Part shown: positions 36,201 through 46,513 of the stretch, one piece after another
Layout of the letters: each line of letters opens with the position of its first letter
Position numbering within the stretch: position 1 is the stretch's first letter
Source of the DNA: Candidatus Uhrbacteria bacterium
Lineage (GTDB): Bacteria > Patescibacteriota > Patescibacteriia > UBA9934
Direction of reading: 5' to 3'
Length of the DNA stretch: 64,000 bases
Assembly (NCBI GenBank): GCA_003453595.1
Contig: DMOG01000026.1
Location: 6,567-70,566, forward strand
Translations under genes and position numbers: made by a program
The notes under the pieces: generated by a model
Told to the model about the DNA's origin: nothing
Seen by the model: only the letters and a program-made list of their open reading frames with translations
Database searches by the model: none

Positions 36201-37660
36201 AATCCAAACGGTAATAAATCTCTTAACCCAGACAAAATCTCGCGCCAGGTCATTGAATCTTTGAGGAACCTAACTGTGATTGAATGAACATCAACTTCCC
36301 CACCAAATTCGGACAACCCGGGAGTCGAAAGAGTGAACTTAACAGTATCATCGATCACAGCCAATGAACCAAGATCGAAACTTCCTAATGAAGCTAGCCA
36401 ATCTCCTGCTTGATTATTGAGGTTATAACTAGTGAGAATATAATCAACTCCCAATGAATTAATGTCAGAATATACATTTAACTCAACTGGATCTGGATTA
36501 AAAAACATACTTTGTGCAAAAGCAAACTTTCCGTCTCCACTAATTTTCAAGTCACCAACTGAGGAGTAACCATAAACAACTCCGGCGTTTTCAACTGTAT
36601 AAGTATATTTTTCATGACTTTGGGCAATGCCAATCATATCACCGTCAACTCGAACTGTTTGCACAGAATCAGCATGGGTTGTTTCAAACGCTAAATGTTT
36701 GGCATCAGTATAAAACTCTGTGGCTCGTGGATTTGATAAATATCCAATATCATCAGCGATGTAAATCTTGCCAACAAATGTCATGTATTGTTGAGTTGTT
36801 TCCAGTGAACGCCAGAAAATATCACTAGTTCCGGAAAGCTCGACTGAATAAACCCCCTCTGGCCAATTTGATTGACCGATTATGGCAGTGCCATCTGAAC
36901 TTATTTGATCTTCAATCGTGTCGCCATCGTCTTTGATAAAATATTCAAACATTACCTCATCTTCTTCATTTCTAACCCGAATAACAGCATCATCTGCCCC
37001 AGTTGTCCGATTCATGTCCATATAATCAACTGCGAGGTAAAAAGGCTCGTTTTTTAGATAGGTCAGATACTTATGATAACCACGCAAAGAAACACCGATT
37101 GTTTTAACTGTTTTTGATAACTGATAATTACTTATTCGATACGGCTCTTCAAAATCATAATGATAAGTTGCAATCTGGCTTTGATCTGGAAGATTCTCAA
37201 GAAATTCTTGGACTGAATCAAAATTGTGTTCATGTTGCAGGAGTCGAGTTTGACCGTCTGAAACCTCTGACCAACTTTGTTGTTCAAGCTCAGAATTGAA
37301 TAATGGCTCAAGCTGATAGCTTTCAGAATATATATCTGCCAGTCCTCCAAGTTCAACCACTGGCTGATCCTTTGGATCAAACACAAGCTCAACTTCAACC
37401 CTGTCAAAACTTGTATGAGGAAGCGCCACGCTAAAGTAAGTTGGTTCATCAATAATCGTGACATATGGATCTCCCGAGTCAGACGATTGGATTTCTGAAA
37501 CTCTTTGAGATGGTAGGAGATTGAAAACATAGGGTGAACTATCACCCATTTCAAAAGTAATTTCTTTGATTCCTGACGGACACAAATCAATCCAAAGCAA
37601 GACAATCAAAATTATAACTGGGGATAAAATGATGAATAATTGTATGATACGATTTCGCAT
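36197..37660 (-). CDS. Membrane-anchored extracytoplasmic hypothetical protein (487 aa)
   Basis: Has an N-terminal TM helix and no recognised domain. It sits in an operon with the GT-C and CDP-alcohol phosphatidyltransferase genes. Confidence 0.45.
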   Translation of the reverse strand: MRNRIIQLFIILSPVIILIVLLWIDLCPSGIKEITFEMGDSSPYVFNLLPSQRVSEIQSSDSGDPYVTIIDEPTYFSVALPHTSFDRVEVELVFDPKDQPVVELGGLADIYSESYQLEPLFNSELEQQSWSEVSDGQTRLLQHEHNFDSVQEFLENLPDQSQIATYHYDFEEPYRISNYQLSKTVKTIGVSLRGYHKYLTYLKNEPFYLAVDYMDMNRTTGADDAVIRVRNEEDEVMFEYFIKDDGDTIEDQISSDGTAIIGQSNWPEGVYSVELSGTSDIFWRSLETTQQYMTFVGKIYIADDIGYLSNPRATEFYTDAKHLAFETTHADSVQTVRVDGDMIGIAQSHEKYTYTVENAGVVYGYSSVGDLKISGDGKFAFAQSMFFNPDPVELNVYSDINSLGVDYILTSYNLNNQAGDWLASLGSFDLGSLAVIDDTVKFTLSTPGLSEFGGEVDVHSITVRFLKDSMTWREILSGLRDLLPFGL

Positions 37661-37669
37661 TTATATAAA

Positions 37670-39394
37670 TTAGTTTTTAATGATTGCGTACAAAGACTCA
37701 TCCCCAACGGTTGCAATCTTACGGAATTGAATATCGTTTTCCGCAAAAACCACTGATTGCAAATGTTCAATATCTGTCTTGGGAAGCGTAATTCCGAAGT
37801 AAAACATTGATGTTTGATCAAGTATCTCAGGAATGGCCTGATAGACATTTTCATCACGCAATGGAGTGATCACAGATCTATCTGGGAATATATACTTGTC
37901 AGCCATGTCAACAATAATTATGCAGTCTGGCGGTGTCTGTTCTAAAACGATCTGCTTTTTTTCAGTGAAAGATTCAAGATTATCATGAGTTTGAATAAAT
38001 CCATCATTTCCCCAGATCACTAACCGAACTGAAAAAAGAAAAACTAAAAAGATAATCAACCAAGGGCCAAAGTCAGCAAAAGGAAAATCCCTTCTTTTTA
38101 ACCATGCTCCGATCTTATCAACGGCAATGCCGGCAAATAATGAACCAAGAACAAATAATGGCAGCCAATAACGCACATAGGAGTTCCCTAAAGTCAAAAT
38201 TGAAGCATCAGGGTTGTCAGTGAATTTCCAGCTTCCATAAACAAATGCCAGCCAAATGCTAAGACCAAAAGTGATAATAAGCAAAGGTCGCCATCCTTTA
38301 TCCTTGAACACAAAAATTATTCCAAGAATTGAAAGTATGCTCATCCATGGATATAGCAGAAATCCATACTGCCAAACATTGCGCAAAATATTCATCTCAT
38401 GAATACCAAACGGGAATAGTACATTTAAAGGCGCAGGCCAAGATTTATCAATATTTGAGTCTTGATAGGCAACCACCCCCGACTCCTCCTTGGGAAGGAG
38501 GGGGGCTTCAGTCTGACTCTGATCTGCGACTGTATATCCAGTCTCTAGCATTGAACCGTATAAAACCTTATTCAATGCCAAAAATGGCAATAGAATCAAG
38601 ACTGCTGAAATTAGAAAAACAAAAACATTCTTTAAAACAAGCTCTTTTCGTTGCCAAAATAAAAATCCCACAACTAAAACTCCGACCCAAACAGCTTCTG
38701 ATGCTCGAAAAGAAATCGCCAACCCAAGCATCAGCCCTGCCAAAAACTCATCTAATATAACAGTTTTCTGCCAATTTGCTTTTATTGGCTGACAAACAAT
38801 GAAATACAAAGCTAGTAACAAAAGTGCAACAAAACCAACATTGTGCATCATTGTTCTGCCTGTGTAATACCAAAAAGCTGGATGAATCATGAGCAACAAT
38901 GCGCCAAAATCCGACAATCTTTCATTCTCAGTTAATCGATATAAAATTTGTTTCCAAGCAAATATTGCCAGAACAGCCAACAATGGAGTGACTAGCGAAA
39001 TACTCCAAGATCCAAAGATAAACGCAAATAAACCAGATAATACAGATAGTCCAAGGAAACTGACTGGAACTATGTATTGGATGCTATCTGTAACCACCCC
39101 CGCCCTTCGCTCTGCAGAGCTTCGGAGCGGCACAGCTAACCACTCCTTAAAAAAGGAGGGGAAACGAGACACAACAATCATGCTCCTTGGATGGACTAAA
39201 TTGGTCCATGAAATACCTTGATATTGTGATTGAATTGCTAAAGTTTGATCTTGAGCAAACTGTAAAGCAAAAACAGCGTTTGCATTCTCATCAGGAGAAT
39301 TAAAAATCATTTCAGATTGAGAATATGCAAAAAATGTAACAGAGAAAAAAAAGAGCAATAATGCCAAACTTCTTAAAACTGTTATTCTGCGCAT
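37670..39394 (-). CDS. GT-C fold glycosyltransferase (ArnT/PMT-like polytopic membrane protein) carrying two in-frame copies of the dispersed repeat
   Basis: Has about 12 TM helices and an N-terminal 'SPDENANAVFA' (DE-type first-loop motif). Repeat copies at 38463-38510 and 39091-39173 are read through in frame (…QTEAPLLPKEESGVVAYQD… and …SSAERRAGVVTD…). Confidence 0.6.
   Translation of the reverse strand: MRRITVLRSLALLLFFFSVTFFAYSQSEMIFNSPDENANAVFALQFAQDQTLAIQSQYQGISWTNLVHPRSMIVVSRFPSFFKEWLAVPLRSSAERRAGVVTDSIQYIVPVSFLGLSVLSGLFAFIFGSWSISLVTPLLAVLAIFAWKQILYRLTENERLSDFGALLLMIHPAFWYYTGRTMMHNVGFVALLLLALYFIVCQPIKANWQKTVILDEFLAGLMLGLAISFRASEAVWVGVLVVGFLFWQRKELVLKNVFVFLISAVLILLPFLALNKVLYGSMLETGYTVADQSQTEAPLLPKEESGVVAYQDSNIDKSWPAPLNVLFPFGIHEMNILRNVWQYGFLLYPWMSILSILGIIFVFKDKGWRPLLIITFGLSIWLAFVYGSWKFTDNPDASILTLGNSYVRYWLPLFVLGSLFAGIAVDKIGAWLKRRDFPFADFGPWLIIFLVFLFSVRLVIWGNDGFIQTHDNLESFTEKKQIVLEQTPPDCIIIVDMADKYIFPDRSVITPLRDENVYQAIPEILDQTSMFYFGITLPKTDIEHLQSVVFAENDIQFRKIATVGDESLYAIIKN
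38463..38510. repeat. Palindromic repeat copy inside the GT-C coding sequence (TGATAGGCAACCACCCCCGACTCCTCCTTGGGAAGGAGGGGGGC)
   Basis: A consensus match. The reading frame is preserved across the insertion. Confidence 0.75.
39091..39173. repeat. Palindromic repeat copy inside the GT-C coding sequence (GTAACCACCCCCGCCCTTCGCTCTGCAGAGCTTCGGAGCGGCACAGCTAACCACTCCTTAAAAAAGGAGGGG)
   Basis: A consensus match. The reading frame is preserved across the insertion. Confidence 0.7.
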
Positions 39395-39395
39395 A

Positions 39396-39965
39396 TCACA
39401 AACTATAAGTTAGCAAAGCAACTATGGCAAAAATCAGCCCAAGAATTAGGGTGCCGTATGAAATAGGGATAAACAAATCAAGTCCAAACCACAGCGCCAT
39501 TAATAGCATCATGATTCCAGCAAACTGTAATATCATCTTTATTTTTCCCCAAATATTTGCCTGCACTTTGTGTCCTTGTCGTCTCTTATACCAGCCTCCG
39601 ATAATCATCAAGCACTCAATCAAAACTATCATGTAACCCAGAATCGGATTAACATGTTGTAATAGGATTAATAAAATAACAGAACCAATAAGCAGTTTGT
39701 CAGCAACTGGATCATAAAAAGTGCCCCAATCTGTAATTTGCTGACGCCAACGCGCCAAGGAACCATCAATAGCATCTGTAAAAGCGACAAAGATAAAAAA
39801 TGGCACACCAATATCGTATTGTTCAAAAAATAGAAGTAAAAGAACCACCGGTGTCATTACCATGCGAGCAATGGTAAAATGGTTTGGTCTAAAAGCATCC
39901 GGAATCAGTTTAATGATTGGTTTCATTAAATAATCATGTGGATATAGCTTTTCAGGGTCACGCAT
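39396..39965 (-). CDS. CDP-alcohol phosphatidyltransferase family protein
   Basis: Has 'DAIDGSLARW...G...DPVADK' (D-G-x2-A-R...G-x3-D-x3-D) and a multi-TM architecture. Confidence 0.8.
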   Translation of the reverse strand: MRDPEKLYPHDYLMKPIIKLIPDAFRPNHFTIARMVMTPVVLLLLFFEQYDIGVPFFIFVAFTDAIDGSLARWRQQITDWGTFYDPVADKLLIGSVILLILLQHVNPILGYMIVLIECLMIIGGWYKRRQGHKVQANIWGKIKMILQFAGIMMLLMALWFGLDLFIPISYGTLILGLIFAIVALLTYSL

Positions 39966-40013
39966 AGATTTGATGCTATAATAATAGCGTAATAAGCGAA
40001 AATTCGCCAGAAT

Positions 40014-42071
40014 ATGACACCAATACGACCAACCATGCTAGGAATGACTTTTCTTATCCTTGCCTGGGCTAACTTAATTGCAACATCAAATCCGGTATTG
40101 GGAATAATTTGTGGAATTGGATTTCTCTGGGCAATTTCTCGACTTTTCGGATCAAGATTTTTTCCAACTGGTGACTCTGCGCAACAGCTAATAATTGGTT
40201 TATTAACCAGCTCGGCAATCCTGATGCTTGGCGGCAGTGCAATTTATTATTTTGGATCAGTAACCCAGTTAAACTTGGGTATATTACTTGTTATTATTTT
40301 GGCAATCGCTACCTTGGTCGCACGAAAACCAAGTTCGAAGTCTAAAGAATCTATCACAAAGTACGCAGTTATATTAATAGCTACTGTTCTTATTTGTTTG
40401 TTTGCTTGGTGGTCAACACTTTGGCCAATTGAAATTACTCAATCAATTCGCTCACCATGGCTGGTGGTTGACCCAAAAATCCTTCTACCTTTATTAATTG
40501 CAATTATTTCTGCAATTACACTGATTACAAAAACTGTTTCAAAAATCTCAACTTTTCTTCTGGTTTTAATTTTTGCCAGCTCTTTGACAATGGCTGTGAC
40601 CATTTATTCACTTGGATATGGATTTGATCCATTTATCCATCGAGCAACTGTTGAACACATTACCCAATTTGGGACAATCACACCAAAGCCGTTCTATTAC
40701 ATTGGACAATATGCTCTAGAACTAATTGGCATGCTAATTTTTGCACTACCACTAAAGCTCATGGATAGTTTGCTTGTTCCGATTGGGGCAGCCTTACTAA
40801 TTCCTTGGAGCGCCTATACCAGCATCAAAATACTAGGACAAAACTGGCGTCTACTACTTGTTTCATTACTATTGCTTCCCTTGGGGATTTTTATTAGCAC
40901 CACGCCCCAATCTATTGCTTATATTCTAGCCACTTGCTTAGTAATATTATCAATACCATTATTACTTAATAAAATAGAAGACAAAATTTATCTTGGATTC
41001 TTGGGTCTGCTAACCCTAGCAATTCTTATCACCCATCCTTTAGCAGGCATTCCATCTGGATTCTTTTTTGTACTTGTCTTTATTAGTCAAATAAGTATTA
41101 GTAAAACCACGGAAATAATTCTTTTATTAATCGCTTCAATTCTAGCTACTGTTTCCTTGCCAATAATTTTTGTTTGGCAATCACTTGGATCAAACTTAAA
41201 TATTGAATTCTCACTAACAAATCTTGCCTGGAACCAACTCCAACTTACCGGCTTCTTTAGCAATCAATACAATTCTTGGCTCGATGGCTTATATTTAGTA
41301 ATTGATAATTATCTTTGGATAATCATCGCACTTTCGATTGTTGGTATCATCTTTGCTGTAAAAGAAAAGCTACCGCGTGGAGTCTATGTTGGACTTTATG
41401 CTGCCATAGCATCGCTTATCAGCTATTTAATTTTGACTCTGACTTTGCAATTTGAATTTCTTATTGAATACGAACGAACAAACTATGCTGACCGATTGCT
41501 AACAATGGCTGTAATCTTTTTAATCCCTTATGTTGGCATTGCCCTTTGTGAGCTTTGGGCGCGACTGACAACAAAACCGCAAGCACTGCAATTAAGTTTT
41601 ATCTTGCTACTTTCTTTAATGGCCACTGCCCTGGTCTATGGAGCATATCCTAGACATGACAATTATGCTCGCTCCGCTGGATTTAATGTCAGTCAAGCTG
41701 ATGTTGACGCAATCTATGCAATTGAAAATTACGCTAAAGATACGCCTTACATCGTGCTTGCCAATCAAGCAACATCATCAGCTGCATTGGAGGCATTTGG
41801 TTTTGCTCATTACTATCATGATGATATTTTCTATTATCCAATCCCAACCGGTGGCGAACTATATAATCTATATCTGGAAATGACGGACAACGAACCAACA
41901 GCCGAAGTTATGAATGAAGCCATGGACTTAGCCGGAGTAAAACTTGGATTTTTTGCAATCAATAATTATTGGTGGGACTCAGAGCGAATTATCGAACACG
42001 CAAAAAACCAATCTATAGATTGGTTTGCGCTAGGAGATGGGGCTGTGACAGTGTTTGTTTTTGAAAGATAG
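40014..42071 (+). CDS. Large polytopic membrane protein (more than 15 TM helices), possibly a glycan polymerase or GT-C-like; hypothetical
   Basis: The assignment rests on hydrophobicity pattern and context only. Confidence 0.4.
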   Translation: MTPIRPTMLGMTFLILAWANLIATSNPVLGIICGIGFLWAISRLFGSRFFPTGDSAQQLIIGLLTSSAILMLGGSAIYYFGSVTQLNLGILLVIILAIATLVARKPSSKSKESITKYAVILIATVLICLFAWWSTLWPIEITQSIRSPWLVVDPKILLPLLIAIISAITLITKTVSKISTFLLVLIFASSLTMAVTIYSLGYGFDPFIHRATVEHITQFGTITPKPFYYIGQYALELIGMLIFALPLKLMDSLLVPIGAALLIPWSAYTSIKILGQNWRLLLVSLLLLPLGIFISTTPQSIAYILATCLVILSIPLLLNKIEDKIYLGFLGLLTLAILITHPLAGIPSGFFFVLVFISQISISKTTEIILLLIASILATVSLPIIFVWQSLGSNLNIEFSLTNLAWNQLQLTGFFSNQYNSWLDGLYLVIDNYLWIIIALSIVGIIFAVKEKLPRGVYVGLYAAIASLISYLILTLTLQFEFLIEYERTNYADRLLTMAVIFLIPYVGIALCELWARLTTKPQALQLSFILLLSLMATALVYGAYPRHDNYARSAGFNVSQADVDAIYAIENYAKDTPYIVLANQATSSAALEAFGFAHYYHDDIFYYPIPTGGELYNLYLEMTDNEPTAEVMNEAMDLAGVKLGFFAINNYWWDSERIIEHAKNQSIDWFALGDGAVTVFVFER

Positions 42072-42083
42072 CAGAACCCTGCC

Positions 42084-43286
42084 CTAACCCTCTTTGATCT
42101 CCCCAATCAACTCTAAAAGCTTGGCTGTATATGACTCTAAACTGTAAGGATCGATGGTTGCTTTAATTTCTTGCGCTCGCTTGCCAAATTCTTCTTTTTG
42201 CTCATTCATAAGCACTATTTTCTTAACTAAATCATCAGCATTGCCTGGCTCAAATAAGAATCCATTTTTCCCGTCATCCATCAACTCGCCAACTCCACCA
42301 ATATCTGAGGCTATCACTGGCACCCCTGCGCTTAATGCTTCGTAAATAACAGTTGGTGAATTTTCATAGCATAAAGAAGGAACAATAAGGGCGTCAGCTG
42401 ATTTTAAGCAATCAATTAATTGTTCCATGGAAACAAATCCTAAATCAGTGATTGGTTTATTCGCTTTTGCTTCTCGCTCAACATAGGCCCGCTCAGTTCC
42501 CTCTCCGGCAATGTTTAAGAACGCATCAAATTTAAGTTTTTTAAATGCTTTAATTAACAACCTTATTCCTTTATGTCTTTCCAATTGACCAACAAATAAT
42601 AATCTCAATGAACCGGGCATTCTTTCAGTACGAATTTCAACATTAAAAGTCGGAGCAGGATTTGGTATCACAATTGATTTTACTCCTTTTAAAAATTTAA
42701 ACTCCTGATATTTTTCCAGTAAAAATTTTGATGGAAAAATTACGCAATCTGGTTTTCCAAATGCTCGCCGAGTAAAAAACCGATAAACAGCATAAGCAGG
42801 TTTAAAAATGGCTGATTCATGTTCCTTGCCATGAATCAAAAGTCCTGAAGGATAAATAAGCTGAAGATCATGCATAACATGGATATGAGGAATACCCATA
42901 TATTGAATAAGTCGCGATGTCCGTAATCCTATACCCTTTAAATTATGGGTGATGACAGCGTTAGGCTTTTCACGAAAAAGAACCTTTTCAATCTCAGTTG
43001 TTTCAAAAGAAATAATTGTATCAATAATATGCCACAGTAAACGAACAAGCCAAATATTCTTGTAATCATATAATGTGAAATACAAATTACGAGGAGAAAA
43101 TCGATAGATTCTTTCTGTCGCGTCTGTGTCTTTTTCCAAGGTACCCCGCTGGCTAATGGGCTTTCCAGTAATAACAAAAATATCTTGCCCTTTATCCATG
43201 AGCGATTCAACTGTCCGCACAACTACATGCTCAGCGCCGCCACGCTGGTAGGGCGGATATAAATTTGAAATGATTCCAATCTTCAT
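42084..43286 (-). CDS. Glycosyltransferase family 4
   Basis: Has 'ENSPTVIYEALSAGVPVIASDIGGVGELM', the GT4 E-x7-E region. Confidence 0.8.
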   Translation of the reverse strand: MKIGIISNLYPPYQRGGAEHVVVRTVESLMDKGQDIFVITGKPISQRGTLEKDTDATERIYRFSPRNLYFTLYDYKNIWLVRLLWHIIDTIISFETTEIEKVLFREKPNAVITHNLKGIGLRTSRLIQYMGIPHIHVMHDLQLIYPSGLLIHGKEHESAIFKPAYAVYRFFTRRAFGKPDCVIFPSKFLLEKYQEFKFLKGVKSIVIPNPAPTFNVEIRTERMPGSLRLLFVGQLERHKGIRLLIKAFKKLKFDAFLNIAGEGTERAYVEREAKANKPITDLGFVSMEQLIDCLKSADALIVPSLCYENSPTVIYEALSAGVPVIASDIGGVGELMDDGKNGFLFEPGNADDLVKKIVLMNEQKEEFGKRAQEIKATIDPYSLESYTAKLLELIGEIKEG

Positions 43287-43287
43287 A

Positions 43288-44415
43288 TTATCTAATTATC
43301 CTAACGCTTTGGTAGATTTCTTTCAATTTTTTGTAAATCGCTGTTTTGGCAAATTGATTTTCTACTCTGAGACGAGCTGACCGTCCAAATTTAAATCTCA
43401 GGTTATCGTCTACTAATAATTTTGTAATTGCCCCAGATAAATCCTTTGCATTGGCTGGTTTAATAATAAATCCAGTCTCACCCAAAGAAACAAGAGTGCG
43501 AACGCCAGGCAAGTTGGAAACGATTGACGGCAGTCCTGACGAAGCTGCTTCCAATGTTACCAGTCCAAACGCTTCACAGCAATTAATTGCTGGCAAAATG
43601 TGAAAATCTGACGCCTGATAATATTTTGGAAGATCGTCATGACCAACCCGACCCACAAAGTGTGTTCTATCTTTGATGTTTTTTTTCGCAGCTAATTCTT
43701 GATATGCTTTCTTTTTATTTCCATCACCAATTATTATTAAATGCCAATCAACATCAGTTATCAGCCCGGAACATGATTCTATTAGCACATCAACGCCTTT
43801 AAAATAATGTGCGTCATCAAGTCCACCCACAAAAATAATAACCTTTGCCTGATGATCAATTCCAAGCTCCTGTCGAATATCTTGCCCATCACCTGGAACA
43901 AATCTATCTACATCAACTGAGAATGGCAGTTCAATTAATTTTTTTGATGTTAAATTAACAGAATCTGCATAATCTAAAGAACTCACACAGATCATTTTGG
44001 CCAAGGCAAAAATAATTGGTTCGGCCAATAATCGATAAATTCGAAATATCCATTCTTGCCAACCTGTGGCAACCGTTTTCATGTGATAAGTAATAATCAG
44101 TGGCTTTCTCCAAATCAAAGCAGCCAGCGCCACGCTTTCTGCTCCACCGTAAAAAGGATAATGTAAATGAATAAGATCAAATTTTCGCAATTTCCAAATC
44201 AATTGCGGAATAAACGCAGCATTTCCCCATTGATATAAAGGTGTGATGCGATTAAGTATCTGATTGTCTGAGCCGGCTTCATCTGCTTTATACTGTGGGG
44301 TAAAAACAGTCACATCGAAATGATCATGCACCAAAGCCTGCGCATATTCCTGCGCCACATTTCCGATTCCACCAATGCGCGGTGGATAGACTGGAGTAAC
44401 CTGTGCGATTTTCAT
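43288..44415 (-). CDS. Glycosyltransferase family 4
   Basis: Has 'EAFGLVTLEAASSGLPSIVSNLPG'. Confidence 0.8.
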   Translation of the reverse strand: MKIAQVTPVYPPRIGGIGNVAQEYAQALVHDHFDVTVFTPQYKADEAGSDNQILNRITPLYQWGNAAFIPQLIWKLRKFDLIHLHYPFYGGAESVALAALIWRKPLIITYHMKTVATGWQEWIFRIYRLLAEPIIFALAKMICVSSLDYADSVNLTSKKLIELPFSVDVDRFVPGDGQDIRQELGIDHQAKVIIFVGGLDDAHYFKGVDVLIESCSGLITDVDWHLIIIGDGNKKKAYQELAAKKNIKDRTHFVGRVGHDDLPKYYQASDFHILPAINCCEAFGLVTLEAASSGLPSIVSNLPGVRTLVSLGETGFIIKPANAKDLSGAITKLLVDDNLRFKFGRSARLRVENQFAKTAIYKKLKEIYQSVRIIR

Positions 44416-44416
44416 A

Positions 44417-45496
44417 TCACCACTTTATTATTGGTAATAATCTTTTCCAAATCCATGTTATAACTTGATTACCGATTCGGGTTGCCAATGAATCAACTTC
44501 TTGATCCGCAATTGAACTTGATAATAATTTCATCCAATCTTTATCTAAAATCACACGCAAATGATTTGATCGTCGACGAATCTTCCACATTAATTTCCAT
44601 GTTCTTGGTTTAAAAAATTCTAAATCAGCTTTAAACTTACTTTTTATCCATCCGCCTTTGAAAGCTAAAATCCAAACTCCACACTCAATTAAATTTAAAA
44701 TCGGTAACAGGATAAGAAAACTTTGCCATTTTAAATAAGAAAACAATACCACTGCCCGATATGTTTCCATCCATTGAAACTTTTTTGGATTTCGCGAAAA
44801 CGAATAATCATGAAAAACATTTGCTTTGGTGGCAATAACATTTTTATATCCGGCAAAACGCAATCGCAAGCCAAATTCTAGGTCTTCGTGATACATGAAA
44901 AAACCTTCTTCTAATAATCCAACTTTCTTAAATACGGAAACTCGATAAATCACAGCCGCACCAGAAGCATAAAATATCTCTGCTTTGTTTTGATAATTTA
45001 CTTGAGAAAATAATTTCCCATTATCTCGCGCGTAACCAAATCCAGCCACATGCATCATCCCACCAGTCACATTAACCTTCTCCGGCTCTTGCCAAAATCT
45101 TACAAAAGCTTGAGCCGAGCCGATATTTATATCTGACTCCATAACATTGACCAGCTCTTTAATAGCACAAGCATCAAGTTTTAAATCACCATTATTTAAA
45201 AACACATAATCACAGCCGTGATTAATTGCCCATTTAATTCCCAAATTATTACCCCCAGAAAAACCAAGATTAACACCATTATCAATTAACACGACTTCTG
45301 GAAGATCTTGCCCGGATCGCGGTAAAACCTTTGTTTTTATTAAATCCTGCACTCCGTCCTTTGCCCCATTTGGGATCATTATAATCGAAATCCTATCCTG
45401 TGGATAAGTCTGATTACTCCAAGATTCAACAACCTCAGGTACATACCTAAGATCATTGTGACATAAATATATTATGGCAACTTTTGGTTTATTCAT
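44417..45496 (-). CDS. Glycosyltransferase family 2
   Basis: Has an N-terminal 'VAIIYLCHNDLRYVPEVVESWSNQTY' and a GT2-A fold pattern. Confidence 0.7.
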   Translation of the reverse strand: MNKPKVAIIYLCHNDLRYVPEVVESWSNQTYPQDRISIIMIPNGAKDGVQDLIKTKVLPRSGQDLPEVVLIDNGVNLGFSGGNNLGIKWAINHGCDYVFLNNGDLKLDACAIKELVNVMESDINIGSAQAFVRFWQEPEKVNVTGGMMHVAGFGYARDNGKLFSQVNYQNKAEIFYASGAAVIYRVSVFKKVGLLEEGFFMYHEDLEFGLRLRFAGYKNVIATKANVFHDYSFSRNPKKFQWMETYRAVVLFSYLKWQSFLILLPILNLIECGVWILAFKGGWIKSKFKADLEFFKPRTWKLMWKIRRRSNHLRVILDKDWMKLLSSSIADQEVDSLATRIGNQVITWIWKRLLPIIKW

Positions 45497-45830
45497 GGTC
45501 TTTTGGTTTTTCTACTCGATTAATTCCCACCTGACGAACAACATCAGAAATTTCTTTTTGCACTTTTTCTAAACGAACTAACACCTTATACAATCCATAA
45601 GCCAAAACAACAATGGCTATGTAAACAAGGAGATCGGCCCCGCGCTGGACACCAACCAATTGCGCGACTGGATCAGTTGCTTGAGGCAAAAGCGCAACAG
45701 CGATCACTACTAACCACAAAATCGCCCAAACAATAAACCAATACAAACTAACTTTGCGTGCTCGATATTGGCGGAAAGTAATAGCCAACGCAAAGGCGGC
45801 AAAAGCAATAAGCAGAATTTGAAATATCAT
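45489..45830 (-). CDS. DUF2304-like small membrane protein (partner of polyprenyl-phosphate GT2)
   Basis: Has two TM helices plus a C-terminal amphipathic tail, and overlaps both neighbouring genes. Confidence 0.55.
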   Translation of the reverse strand: MIFQILLIAFAAFALAITFRQYRARKVSLYWFIVWAILWLVVIAVALLPQATDPVAQLVGVQRGADLLVYIAIVVLAYGLYKVLVRLEKVQKEISDVVRQVGINRVEKPKDHE

Positions 45831-46504
45831 ATGTCAAGAAATTTACTCTTTAACAAATCTTTTACAATTATAAACGCTCCCCAAGAAGACTGACCTTTGG
45901 CCAGCGACTCTTTTGAATATTTAATTTCAACTGCGCACTCAACAAAACGCATTTTTTTTACTTTGATCAAATCAAGAATTTCCGATGCGTGTGCCATGCG
46001 GTCGCGAGTAATTTTAATTTCACGCGCAGCTTTTCGGGAAAGCGCACGGAATCCACAGTGAGTGTCTGATAATTTGATTCCTGAAATTATCAAAGTAAAT
46101 ACAATTCCAAGTTTTAAAATTATTTTACGCGACAATGGCATCTGTAATTTTCCAGATAGAAATCTTGACCCTAAAACAACATCAGCTTGATTATCAAGAA
46201 TCGGTTTTATCATTTTAGGAATATCTTTTCCTTGCATTTGTCCGTCAGCGTCAAAATGAACAACTATGTCTGCATTTAGATTCTCCAGCGCATAATCCGT
46301 TCCTGTTTGCAGCGCTGCCCCTTGCCCTCGATTTATAATATGACGCAAAACAAAAGCGCCAGCTTTAAATGCTTGCTCGCTAGTTTTATCTGACGAGCAA
46401 TCGTCAATAACAACGGCATCATCCACAAAAAGCAAAGCATCGCGCACAGCTTCTGCTACGCGCGATCCTTCATTATATGCAGGAATAATGGCCACAATCT
46501 TCAT
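45827..46504 (-). CDS. GT2 polyprenyl-phosphate glycosyltransferase (DPM1/ArnC/GtrB-like)
   Basis: Has 'VAIIPAYNEGSRVAEAV...VIDDCSSDKT...DADGQ', the DPM1-like pattern. Confidence 0.8.
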   Translation of the reverse strand: MKIVAIIPAYNEGSRVAEAVRDALLFVDDAVVIDDCSSDKTSEQAFKAGAFVLRHIINRGQGAALQTGTDYALENLNADIVVHFDADGQMQGKDIPKMIKPILDNQADVVLGSRFLSGKLQMPLSRKIILKLGIVFTLIISGIKLSDTHCGFRALSRKAAREIKITRDRMAHASEILDLIKVKKMRFVECAVEIKYSKESLAKGQSSWGAFIIVKDLLKSKFLDI

Positions 46505-46513
46505 ATCTGCACT

